Notes under the pieces: model-generated
Database searches by the model: none
What the model was told of the DNA's origin: nothing
Seen by the model: only the letters and a program-made list of their open reading frames with translations
Made by a program: the position numbers and the translations under genes
NCBI GenBank assembly: GCA_944388955.1
Contig: CALXKJ010000007.1
Coordinates: forward strand, 57,671 to 121,670
Source: an uncultured Spirochaetaceae bacterium
GTDB taxonomy: Bacteria > Spirochaetota > Spirochaetia > Sphaerochaetales > Sphaerochaetaceae
DNA: 64,000 bases
Direction: 5' to 3'
Shown: piece after piece, positions 8,675-17,088 of the stretch
Layout of the letters: every line of letters begins with the position of its first letter
Position numbering within the stretch: the first letter of the stretch is position 1

Positions 8675-9586
8675 ATGAAACCAACACTTCTTGTTATGGC
8701 TGCTGGACTCGGTTCACGCTATGGTGGAGTCAAGCAGATTGATGCTGTAGGAATGCATGGAGAGACTCTTCTCGATTTCGGTGTTTATGATGCATTCCAT
8801 GCAGATTATGGCAAGGTAGTATTCATAATCAGAAAGGATATCGAAGCGGATTTCCGTGAGCGTCTTTTTGACAGAATCGCACGCAATATGGATGCGGAGT
8901 ATGTCTTCCAGGAGAGGACTGGATTGCTGACTGCTGAGGAAGCTGCGCTTTCTGCCGAGAGGAAGAAGCCATGGGGAACTATCCAGGCGATTCTCAGTGC
9001 AAAAGATGCAGTAAAGACTCCGTTTACAGTCATCAACGCTGATGATTATTACGGACGCTCTGCGTATAAGATTCTCGGAGATTATCTTTCCACGCTTAAT
9101 AATGATGACACAACGCACGCTATGGTAGGCTTCACGCTCAAGAATACGATGAGCCCTTCTGGCTCTGTCACAAGAGCTATCTGCGTTATAAAGAATGGTA
9201 CGCTTGTTTCCATGGAAGAGAACTCCAAGATTGAGTATACGGCAGATGGCGGTGTTGTTTCGCATATGCCAACAGGAGATGTGATCCTCACTGGCGATGA
9301 GCCTGTTTCGATGAACTTCTTCGGTTTCACTCCGAAGGTTTTCGACAGCTTCATGACATACTGGGAGAACTTCAAGAAAGAGAACATCAGGGAGCCTAAG
9401 GTTGAGTGTCTTCTTCCGAATGGTGTTTCCGAGATGGTCACTTCAGGCGAAGGCTCCGTGAAGGTATTCACAACGCCTGATAAGTGGTTCGGCATGACAT
9501 ATCCTGAAGACAAGGCGAATGTCATGGCGGAGCTCAGGAAGAAGATTGAGACTGGATATTACCCTGAGAAGCTCTGGGAGAAATAA
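8675..9586 (+). CDS. Nucleotidyltransferase (sugar-phosphate NTP-transferase fold)
   Basis: The N-terminal LLVMAAGLGSRYGGVKQ matches the G-x-G-[ST]-R nucleotide-binding loop. RBS AAGGAGGA lies upstream. Confidence 0.7.
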   Translation: MKPTLLVMAAGLGSRYGGVKQIDAVGMHGETLLDFGVYDAFHADYGKVVFIIRKDIEADFRERLFDRIARNMDAEYVFQERTGLLTAEEAALSAERKKPWGTIQAILSAKDAVKTPFTVINADDYYGRSAYKILGDYLSTLNNDDTTHAMVGFTLKNTMSPSGSVTRAICVIKNGTLVSMEENSKIEYTADGGVVSHMPTGDVILTGDEPVSMNFFGFTPKVFDSFMTYWENFKKENIREPKVECLLPNGVSEMVTSGEGSVKVFTTPDKWFGMTYPEDKANVMAELRKKIETGYYPEKLWEK

Positions 9587-10483
9587 TCAGTGCTGCGTGA
9601 CGTCGCTTGAGGATGCAATCTTCTCTATAGGTGTGTAGCCTTCGCCAAGTACATGAAAGGCTTCGTGTATGATGAGGAAGGCTTTTGGATCTGACTGATG
9701 CACGGCACGCGTGAGCTTTGAAATATCCTGATTGGGAATCACGGTCATAATCATTGGCCGTGATTCTTTCGTATAAAACCCTTTTGCATCGAGTATAGTC
9801 GCTCCACGTTCCAGCGTGTTGATGATATATTCTCCGATTTCATCAGTCTTCTCCGAGATGATGAACACAGTCTTCGCGTAATTCGTGCCCATCGATAGCA
9901 CGATTTTGTTCACGACCACTGTCGTGATATATGCAACGACGATTGCATACAATGCGTTTTCGATTGAGAAGAATATGGCGGAAACTGCGATGATGACACC
10001 ATCGACGATAAATAGGGCAGTGCCAAGCGAGAGGGAAGTGTATCTCGCGATAATCTGGGCGATGATATCCGTGCCGCCTGTATTCGAGCCTGATTTCATC
10101 ACAAGCCCCATTCCAAGCCCTGTGATAACGCCGCCATATAGCGCGGATAGCCATATTGAGATGTCTTTCGAATAATCGAGAAGTCCGGCATCGCCGAATA
10201 CCGATGCCCATATTGATGTGAATACAGATAGCAATACAGAGCCAAGGAGTGTTTTCACTCCATATTGCTTTCCGAAAAGCTTCGCGCCGATCAGGAATAT
10301 GGGGATTGTGAGAACAAGTATCGTGAGTCCAAGATCAAGGCCTAGCGTGTGGAAGAGTATCGTCGCGATACCAGACACTCCGCCAGGCGCAAGCATCGCT
10401 GGATTTAGAAAGAGCACAATGCCGAGCGCAGTGATTGCGGAGCCTATGATGATGTAGCTGTAGTCGATGATGTCTCTTTTCAC
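9587..10483 (-). CDS. YitT-family membrane protein (DUF2179 C-terminal domain)
   Basis: 298 aa with 5-6 TM segments and the characteristic C-terminal soluble domain. Pattern GGVSGIATIL...GSNTGGTDI. Confidence 0.75.
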   Translation of the reverse strand: MKRDIIDYSYIIIGSAITALGIVLFLNPAMLAPGGVSGIATILFHTLGLDLGLTILVLTIPIFLIGAKLFGKQYGVKTLLGSVLLSVFTSIWASVFGDAGLLDYSKDISIWLSALYGGVITGLGMGLVMKSGSNTGGTDIIAQIIARYTSLSLGTALFIVDGVIIAVSAIFFSIENALYAIVVAYITTVVVNKIVLSMGTNYAKTVFIISEKTDEIGEYIINTLERGATILDAKGFYTKESRPMIMTVIPNQDISKLTRAVHQSDPKAFLIIHEAFHVLGEGYTPIEKIASSSDVTQH

Positions 10484-11058
10484 CCTAATTTCTCCGGGAC
10501 TGTGTATTTCTCACTCTGAAGTCTATCGAGAAGGATGGATGGGTTTTCCTCTGTAATAAGAAGATTCCTCACTTCCTTTCTGATGAATCCCTTTTCAAAA
10601 CCTTCATCGAGCATTCTTATGAAAGGATTCCAGTAGCCGAGTGTATTCAGAAGAGCGATGTTCTTGTCGTGGTAGCCGAGCTGTCGCCATGTGTATATCT
10701 CGCTTATCTCCTCGATTGTCCCGATACCGCCTGGCATGGCGATGAAGGCATCCGCTTCCTCATACATCCGTTTTTTCCTTTCGTGCATGTCAGGAACGAT
10801 AATCATCTCGTCCTCAACAGCCTTGAGCCTGACAGATGGTTTATTCATCGATTCTGGCAGTACGCCTATAACATGTCCGCCGTTTTCATGGACAGTCTCG
10901 GCAATTACACCCATAAGCCCTTTAGCTCCACCGCCATATACAAGCGAGATGGATCGTTTCACCATCTCGAGCCCAAGTCTTATGGCATTCTCCCTGTATT
11001 CATCCTCTTTTCCGAATGACGAGCCGCAGAAAACAGCGATACGTTTTATTTTACTCAT
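10480..11058 (-). CDS. LOG-family protein (TIGR00730; cytokinin riboside 5'-monophosphate phosphoribohydrolase-like)
   Basis: Motifs YGGGAKGLMG and PGGIGTIEE; 192 aa. Confidence 0.85.
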   Translation of the reverse strand: MSKIKRIAVFCGSSFGKEDEYRENAIRLGLEMVKRSISLVYGGGAKGLMGVIAETVHENGGHVIGVLPESMNKPSVRLKAVEDEMIIVPDMHERKKRMYEEADAFIAMPGGIGTIEEISEIYTWRQLGYHDKNIALLNTLGYWNPFIRMLDEGFEKGFIRKEVRNLLITEENPSILLDRLQSEKYTVPEKLG

Positions 11059-11141
11059 GTTGATGATTATATCATTTTCCGTACTTTCTTTTTCTTGCCG
11101 AGATTCCGGATGCTATTTAGAATCTTTTTGTAGGAGATGTT

Positions 11142-11438
11142 ATGAAAATCTTACGGAAACTGCTTGTTTTTTGTGTCATATTGACATCTGTAGCCTCGCT
11201 TTTCGCAGGTACGATGACCGCCCAGTGGTCATGGATCCTCGATGATCCTGAGGTGACAGCTTATAGGTATCAGCTGGATGGGGAGGAGAGCGACGGCTGG
11301 ACAGTATTGGATGGTGACACAGATTCTGTGACTATCGAAGGTCTCGATGCGGAGAAGGAATACACACTTTACCTCCAGCGCTCATATGATGGCGTGAACT
11401 GGTCGCCATCTGCGGCGTGTACAGTGAAAGCTTCCTGA
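11142..11438 (+). CDS. Small secreted protein consisting of a signal peptide plus one Fn3-like module (paralog of the next gene's N-domain)
   Basis: Signal peptide MKILRKLLVFCVILTSVASLFA. The module WSWILDDPEVTAYRYQLDGEESDGWTVL...YTLYLQRSYDGVNWSPSA is closely similar (roughly two-thirds identical by eye) to residues of the downstream protein. Confidence 0.6.
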   Translation: MKILRKLLVFCVILTSVASLFAGTMTAQWSWILDDPEVTAYRYQLDGEESDGWTVLDGDTDSVTIEGLDAEKEYTLYLQRSYDGVNWSPSAACTVKAS

Positions 11439-11516
11439 TTGTGTGATTTTTATTGCTTCATGGCACACAATGGATTTAAAATCATGACTAATAAAGCAAA
11501 GTTTAAGGAGATGCTG

Positions 11517-12605
11517 ATGAAAAGATTTAGAAAAGCTGCTGCGGTTGCTGTATTGCTCATTATCATGCTTCCGCTCGCTGCAGCCCCGATGAGCGTAGAA
11601 TGGTCGTGGCTACTGGATGATCCGGATATTTCAGCATTCAGATATCAGATAGATTCAGAAAGCGATGATGGCTGGACAGTGCTTCCTGCCGATACGGATT
11701 CCATTACTATTGATGGACTCGATTCTTCTGTGGAATATGCTTTCTACCTTCAGCGCTCATATGATGGTGAGAACTGGTCTGAATCAGCTGTAAGCTACGC
11801 AAAGGCGACAGAGACAGCCCCGATTGAGCCTGTTGTCGAAGAAGAGCCAGCTCCTGTGGAGGAGACAGTTGTCGCTGAGGAGCCTGCTCCTGCTGAGGAA
11901 GAGGTTGCTGCTGTAGAGGAAACAGCTGTTGTTGAAGAGACTGCCACTGTTGAGGAGCCAGCACCAGCAGAAGAGGAAGTGATTCCTGCTGAGGAAGAAG
12001 TTGTTGTAGTTGAGGAAATCACTCCAGCTGAAGCTCCTGCAGAGAAAGCTCCAGCCGAGAGCAGATTCGCGTTCTCGCTTCTCCCGCGCTTCGGTGTCGC
12101 ATCCACTCTCTTTGATTTCGACAGAGCGCTTGCTGAAGTCGGAATCGGTTTTGATTTCGCTCACATCATCTCCGCTGGTGACCACTTCTCACTTGGCCTG
12201 AGATCGGATCTCGTGTGCAATTTCCTGCCTGTTGAGGGCTCATGGACTTATGAGGATAAGCTCGAGTACTTCAATATTATGAATTATGCAGAATCAGTGC
12301 TCCTTGATCTCAAGCTCATGATGGATGTCACAGCAGGACCAATGGATCTCTATATTGGCGGTGGTGCTGGTTATGGTATCTGCAACCCTGTTGATGCACC
12401 TAATCTTGAAGACCTCTTCAAGCTCTATGACTTCAGCATTGGTGGTGCAGATTTCGGCTCAGACTGGTTTGCATCCGCAATCGCTGGCATCAGATTCTCA
12501 ATCGGTAATGTCTTCTCACTTGGTGTTGAGGCGAATTACCGCTACATGGTCACTGCTAAGCAGCATGTCGGATCTGCCGATGTTGTACTTGGATTCACAT
12601 TCTGA
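11517..12605 (+). CDS. Outer-membrane beta-barrel protein with N-terminal Fn3-like module and acidic E/P/V/A-rich linker
   Basis: AAGGAG 11505-11510 favours ATG 11517. Signal peptide MKRFRKAAAVAVLLIIMLPLAAAP, then a module paralogous to 11142-11438, then a low-complexity linker. The C-terminal ~185 aa has alternating hydrophobic strands and ends ...VVLGFTF (terminal Phe OMP signature). Confidence 0.65.
   Translation: MKRFRKAAAVAVLLIIMLPLAAAPMSVEWSWLLDDPDISAFRYQIDSESDDGWTVLPADTDSITIDGLDSSVEYAFYLQRSYDGENWSESAVSYAKATETAPIEPVVEEEPAPVEETVVAEEPAPAEEEVAAVEETAVVEETATVEEPAPAEEEVIPAEEEVVVVEEITPAEAPAEKAPAESRFAFSLLPRFGVASTLFDFDRALAEVGIGFDFAHIISAGDHFSLGLRSDLVCNFLPVEGSWTYEDKLEYFNIMNYAESVLLDLKLMMDVTAGPMDLYIGGGAGYGICNPVDAPNLEDLFKLYDFSIGGADFGSDWFASAIAGIRFSIGNVFSLGVEANYRYMVTAKQHVGSADVVLGFTF
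11808..12062 (+). repeat. Imperfect tandem coding repeats (EEPAP / AEEEV / VEET units) forming an acidic linker
   Basis: The translation reads TETAPIEPVVEEEPAPVEETVVAEEPAPAEEEVAAVEETAVVEETATVEEPAPAEEEVIPAEEEVVVVEEITPAEAPAEKAPAES. Confidence 0.7.
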
Positions 12606-12629
12606 TCCATCTATATATTGTTGTTCTGT

Positions 12630-12655
12630 GGGCTGGGCAAACCAGCCCTTATTTC
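12630..12655 (+). terminator. Rho-independent terminator
   Basis: GGGCTGG-GCAAA-CCAGCCC followed by TTATTTCAT, 25 nt after the stop at 12605. Confidence 0.7.
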
Positions 12656-12677
12656 ATAAATTTGGTAATGTTTTCAT

Positions 12678-13199
12678 ATGATTTGCAGATTCGCAGAAGA
12701 TAGAGATATTGATGATGTTGTCGCGATGTATGATGAGATTATCGACGACACAGATGGAAAGGAATGCTCTCCACGCTGGACAAAGGGCGTGTATCCTGAA
12801 AGGACTTACTTCAGAGATGTCATAAAAAGACGGGAGCTTATCATCGCGCTTGATGGTGATTGTGTTGTCGGCGGTGTCGTTTTCAATCATAAATGCGCTC
12901 CTGGCTATGAGAATGTTCCATGGGCAGTGGATGCAGATAGCGAGCATTCATATACAATCCACACGCTTGGCGTACACCCATCGCATCAGCACAAAGGCAT
13001 TGCTACGCTTCTTGCAGATGCAGTGATTGAAGAGGCGAGGAAGAATGGTGCCAAGGCAGTAAGGCTTGATGTCATCGATGGGAATACACCATCAATCCTT
13101 CTGTTTGAGAAGCTTGGTTTCATCAATCATGGAAAACAACCTCTTCAGTATGACAGTGTCGGTGATGTAGCTTTCACGCTTATGGAGAAAGTCCTCTGA
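12678..13199 (+). CDS. GNAT-family N-acetyltransferase
   Basis: 173 aa. The acetyl-CoA motif HPSHQHKGIATLL fits Q/RxxGxA, and the length is typical. Confidence 0.85.
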   Translation: MICRFAEDRDIDDVVAMYDEIIDDTDGKECSPRWTKGVYPERTYFRDVIKRRELIIALDGDCVVGGVVFNHKCAPGYENVPWAVDADSEHSYTIHTLGVHPSHQHKGIATLLADAVIEEARKNGAKAVRLDVIDGNTPSILLFEKLGFINHGKQPLQYDSVGDVAFTLMEKVL

Positions 13200-13612
13200 T
13201 GTGGTTTGCATTTGCTCTCCTCTCCGCTGGTTTTGCCGCATTCACGTCGATTCTCGCGAAGATTGGTATCTCTGGCGTCAGCTCGAATCTTGCTACAGCT
13301 ATAAGGACGATTGTCGTTTTATTGATGGCTTGGCTCATGGTGTTCATCACAGGCGAGGGTGGTGGTATCAGCACGATAAGCCGTAAAAGCTGGATATTCC
13401 TCATATTTTCAGGCCTTGCCACTGGCGCGTCGTGGCTATGCTATTACAAGGCGCTTCAGCTTGGTACGGCAAGCAAGGTCGCGCCTGTCGATAAGTTCAG
13501 TCTGGTAATCACCGTGATATTCGCTTTTGCATTCCTACATGAGCAAATTACATTGAAGATGACTATCGGGCTTGTGCTTATTACAGCGGGTACATTGCTG
13601 ATGGTGTTTTGA
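13199..13612 (+). CDS. Single-domain EamA/DMT-family small membrane transporter
   Basis: 137 aa with 4-5 TM segments. The pattern SILAKIG...ASKVAPVDKFSLVITVIFAFAFLHEQIT is typical of an EamA domain. Confidence 0.75.
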   Translation: MWFAFALLSAGFAAFTSILAKIGISGVSSNLATAIRTIVVLLMAWLMVFITGEGGGISTISRKSWIFLIFSGLATGASWLCYYKALQLGTASKVAPVDKFSLVITVIFAFAFLHEQITLKMTIGLVLITAGTLLMVF

Positions 13613-13617
13613 ATCTA

Positions 13618-13695
13618 TTATTGGAAAAGTGACGAAATTGGCTCGAAATTTATTGGAAAAATGATAAAAACAGCCTTAATTTTATTGGAAAAATG
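13618..13695. repeat. Three direct repeats of TTATTGGAAAA(A/G)TG at exact 32-nt spacing
   Basis: The copies start at 13618, 13650 and 13682. Copies 2 and 3 share AAT(T)TTATTGGAAAAATG. They sit in a 551-nt convergent gap. Confidence 0.8.
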
Positions 13696-14163
13696 CGATT
13701 GCAGTCTTGTAATTTCTTCTAAATAAAGAAAATAATCTGAAATTGTAAAAAGTTTGCTGTTACATAAAGATTATCAATCAGAATACCCTCTTTGGAATAT
13801 ACGCCCTCATAATTCGTTCAAGTTCATTCTCGCGGATGAATCTATTTTGAAATACCATTTCATTTGGCTATTTCAGGTGTAAGAAAATCATAATTCTGAG
13901 ACAGCTTTCTGATTTCATCTTTTTTCCGCATCCTGTTATGCTTATATTGCAAATTAAATAAGCACCGAAGTATAAAATATTTTTCTGATATTCGCTGCTT
14001 GAAAAGAGCTGTGTGCTTCTGAGTATTCTGTGAAGACTCACCGCATGCAATTCCTGCTATCAGGATAAGCCTTGATATAGTAGCAGACCTTCATATCATC
14101 AGTATTGAGCTGCATTGCTGGAGCGACGATATCTCTTGGTCTATGCTTTGATATTTCTCTGAA

Positions 14164-15756
14164 TCAGCATCGCATGACTTCTTCTTTCCAGTCTGAGATA
14201 TTTCTAGTTGCGGATGAGAAGTTGATTCCAAGCATATGTATTGTATTACCAGCCTTGCAATATTTCTCATAGTATTTTCTCTCTTTGATCTGATTCAGTG
14301 CTTTTTCTGAGCTACCATCAAGTTTGAGCTCGATTATATAGAGCAGATTTTCTGTAACTTGCACTGTGATGTCTATTCTTCCTATGTTTGTCTTCTCCTC
14401 AGCCTCCACTTTCATGAATCCGAGGAACATCAAGGCAGAATAGAATGCAATCTGATAATTATTTTCCTTCTCCATAAACATGTCGTATGGAATATTCATA
14501 TATGCGTCCCTGAATATGCTGATAATCGCATTTGTATCAGCATTTCTGAAAGCGTTGTAAAGATATGGAAAACGATTCTCATCTATATCGAGACCGTACG
14601 TGCCAAGCAGCTTTGCATTGATAGTATCGGCAACTTCCCTATTAGGGAATGAAAGAAGCATCTTCCCGTATTCCATTCCTTTTATAGTCATATATCCAGT
14701 CTGTACAAGGAATGCATAGATCGATTCAGGTTTTGCATTCTTCGTGAATAGCTCGTTGATACTGAGGGTATTCATCGCAGAAGGATATGTAAAGAAGCTG
14801 TCAGGATCTTTAAAAAGCTCTGGACGCATCTGGATTATCTCATTCACAAGATTCTGCGATCCTGTCTCAATCCAGAAGTTGTCGAAACTGCATCCACCTG
14901 TGAAGAAGCGTCCAATAGAAAGAGGGTTGTAAAGTCTTGTCTTGCATTTCGTGCTGAAACGATAACCGTCATAATACTTTCTTATTTTTTCCCTGAAAGT
15001 CTCTTCATTGTTTCCCGTCGGAAGGTACTCTTTGATATAAGGCCCGAAGTATTCATCGATTTCCTCATCGGTATAGCCGCATATCGAAGCATATTCAGGT
15101 GAATCAGAGATATCAACGAGATTGTTTAGTTTTGAGAATATTGAGACATGCTGGAAGCGGGTGACACCTGTGAGAAAGCAGAATCTAAGGTTTTCGTCTT
15201 CTGCTTTGAGTATGTTGTAGAAATTGGCAAGCTCATCCCTGATAGCTATAAAATGCTCATTTCTCATGTTCTCTATCAATGGATAATCATATTCATCGAC
15301 AAGCACTACAGCTTTCTTGCCATATTTTCTCCTGACGCTTTCTATAAGGGAGGCCAGATTATCTGATGGGTTATTGCTTATTTCCGAGGATTCCGTGAAA
15401 ACGCCGCATGTAATCCCTGCCTTCAGGATAAGATTTGATAGCTGGCTTGTCATGCCGTGTATACCACGCTGGTTGATATAGCTCATGTTGAGACGTATTA
15501 CAGGGAAGGCTTCAAAATCATACCGGTTGTATATATATAGATTTCTGAAAAGCTCTTTGTTGCCGATGAATATATTCTCGATTGTATCAATGGTAAGGCT
15601 TTTGCCGAATCTTCTTGGCCGGGAAAGGAAGAAATACTTGCCTGAGTCAATCATGCGGAAAATGAATTCGGTTTTGTCCACATAAATCCTGTCATTCCCG
15701 ATTATCTCACTAAGTGAGCTTGTATCAGTTGCTATCTTCCGCAGTTTCGTTTCCAT
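14164..15756 (-). CDS. AAA-ATPase-like (PF09820-type) protein with C-terminal PD-(D/E)XK nuclease domain (PDDEXK_9)
   Basis: 530 aa. N-terminal FFLSRPRRFGKSL (Walker A-like) and VVLVDEYD (Walker B-like). C-terminal GRIDITV...YIIELKLDGS...ALNQIKERKY is the PD-(D/E)XK pattern. The gene is visibly AT-richer than its neighbours. Confidence 0.75.
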   Translation of the reverse strand: METKLRKIATDTSSLSEIIGNDRIYVDKTEFIFRMIDSGKYFFLSRPRRFGKSLTIDTIENIFIGNKELFRNLYIYNRYDFEAFPVIRLNMSYINQRGIHGMTSQLSNLILKAGITCGVFTESSEISNNPSDNLASLIESVRRKYGKKAVVLVDEYDYPLIENMRNEHFIAIRDELANFYNILKAEDENLRFCFLTGVTRFQHVSIFSKLNNLVDISDSPEYASICGYTDEEIDEYFGPYIKEYLPTGNNEETFREKIRKYYDGYRFSTKCKTRLYNPLSIGRFFTGGCSFDNFWIETGSQNLVNEIIQMRPELFKDPDSFFTYPSAMNTLSINELFTKNAKPESIYAFLVQTGYMTIKGMEYGKMLLSFPNREVADTINAKLLGTYGLDIDENRFPYLYNAFRNADTNAIISIFRDAYMNIPYDMFMEKENNYQIAFYSALMFLGFMKVEAEEKTNIGRIDITVQVTENLLYIIELKLDGSSEKALNQIKERKYYEKYCKAGNTIHMLGINFSSATRNISDWKEEVMRC

Positions 15757-15872
15757 ATGCGCATTGTATCATAGCTTATCGTATCCTGTCCGAGGTTTTC
15801 TCTTTCATTGACCGCATCTGTCTATCCTGATATCATTCGAAGAAGCATTAAGAGGGGTAAAGAAAAAACCTT

Positions 15873-16643
15873 ATGAAGAACGACCGGCTGGATATCAGCC
15901 TCGACTATCTTAGATTCACCGTTGAAGCAGACGGAGAAACGCTCTCCGAGGAATTGGAAAATACATTCAGAGATATCCTTGAAGGAGATCTCAAAGCAGA
16001 TAAAGCTGTCGCGGATTATATCCGGCAGGAAAAACTTGAGTCATATGACAACTCAGGTTTCAATGAGATGTCTTCTTATCCTGAGACGAGATGCCTTGTG
16101 AATTACTTCGGCATCAAGGATAAGCCGCTTCTTCGCCGCATTGACAAGAAAATCTCATCGATAAGAACTGCTGAGCTTCTGAGATCACCTATTGATATGC
16201 CTTTCTCATTCGATCTTCTTAAGGCTATCCACTCACATCTCTTCGGAGATATGTACCCATCAAGCGGCATGATACGCACATCGTCATCAAAAAAGCACAG
16301 GGAATATTGCCAGCCCGAGTTCATCGAGTCGTCTGCTGAGAGGCTTTTCGGAAATCTCCGCGAGTCGAAGTATCTGAGAGGTATCGAGGATGTTGATGAT
16401 TTCGTGAATGAGCTTGCTTATTATATGGGGGAGGTGGAGGCGCTGCATCCATTCCTTGATGGCAATGGACGCACGACACGTCTTTTCTTCAACGCCCTTT
16501 CTCTCAAGGCAGGCTATGTCATAGGCTGGGGGAGCGCAGACCCCGATCATTTTCTTGAGGCCAATGTAGCCGCTCTTGATGGAGATTACCAGGCGCTCAT
16601 CGATGTGCTTGAGGAGATAGTCATTCCTATTCAGGAAGACTGA
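15873..16643 (+). CDS. fic: Fic/Fido-domain protein (putative AMPylase)
   Basis: The canonical Fic motif HPFLDGNGRTTR is present. An N-terminal SEELEN fits the [ST]xxxE[GN] auto-inhibition motif. Confidence 0.85.
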   Translation: MKNDRLDISLDYLRFTVEADGETLSEELENTFRDILEGDLKADKAVADYIRQEKLESYDNSGFNEMSSYPETRCLVNYFGIKDKPLLRRIDKKISSIRTAELLRSPIDMPFSFDLLKAIHSHLFGDMYPSSGMIRTSSSKKHREYCQPEFIESSAERLFGNLRESKYLRGIEDVDDFVNELAYYMGEVEALHPFLDGNGRTTRLFFNALSLKAGYVIGWGSADPDHFLEANVAALDGDYQALIDVLEEIVIPIQED

Positions 16644-17088
16644 TTCCTTCAATCCCGAGAAGCTTCATTTTCGTTTCTCTTCCACCATACATGCTGAAGC
16701 CCCCGAGGCTTCCATCTCTGTGTATCACGCGATGGCACGGTATGATGATTGGTATTGGATTGGCGCCAACTGCATTCGCTACAGCGCGGACCGCGTTTGG
16801 GTGACCAGAGAGAATGGCTATATCGCTATAACTCCTCGTCTCGCCATATGGTATCTTCCTTAAAGCTTCCCATACAGATTTCTGAAAGGCTGTACCTGCT
16901 GCTTTTGCTGCTACAGAAAATGATGTACGTTCACCAGAAAGGTACTCTTTTATTTCATTTTCTGCCTGAATGAGAATGGGAGAGGAATCATCCTCTCCGC
17001 ATTCTTCTGTACCTTTTATGGATGTTATGGTATTCCCATCCGCGCTGATTTCAAGAATGCCGATTTCAGTCCTCAGATACCTCTTCAT
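16627..17088 (-). CDS. ogt: Methylated-DNA--protein-cysteine methyltransferase
   Basis: The active site IPCHRVI is preceded by the PYGETRSYSDIA helix-turn-helix region. Confidence 0.9.
   Translation of the reverse strand: MKRYLRTEIGILEISADGNTITSIKGTEECGEDDSSPILIQAENEIKEYLSGERTSFSVAAKAAGTAFQKSVWEALRKIPYGETRSYSDIAILSGHPNAVRAVANAVGANPIPIIIPCHRVIHRDGSLGGFSMYGGRETKMKLLGIEGISLPE

Noticed and set aside
11795-12106. 103-aa and 133-aa minus-strand ORFs (Ser/Thr/Ala-rich)
   Set aside because: They are mirror images of the GAA/GAG-rich acidic linker repeats on the coding strand, so they are an artefact of low-complexity sequence.
11142-12605. Diversity-generating retroelement (template/variable repeat) explanation for the paralogous modules
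   Set aside because: No reverse transcriptase gene is in the window. Nucleotide differences between the two copies are spread over all bases rather than being adenine-specific.
13618-13695. Possible miniature CRISPR array (regular 32-nt period)
   Set aside because: There are only three units. The conserved part is ~14-17 nt, which is too short for CRISPR repeats and has no palindromic core. No cas genes are nearby. It is kept as a phased direct-repeat finding instead.
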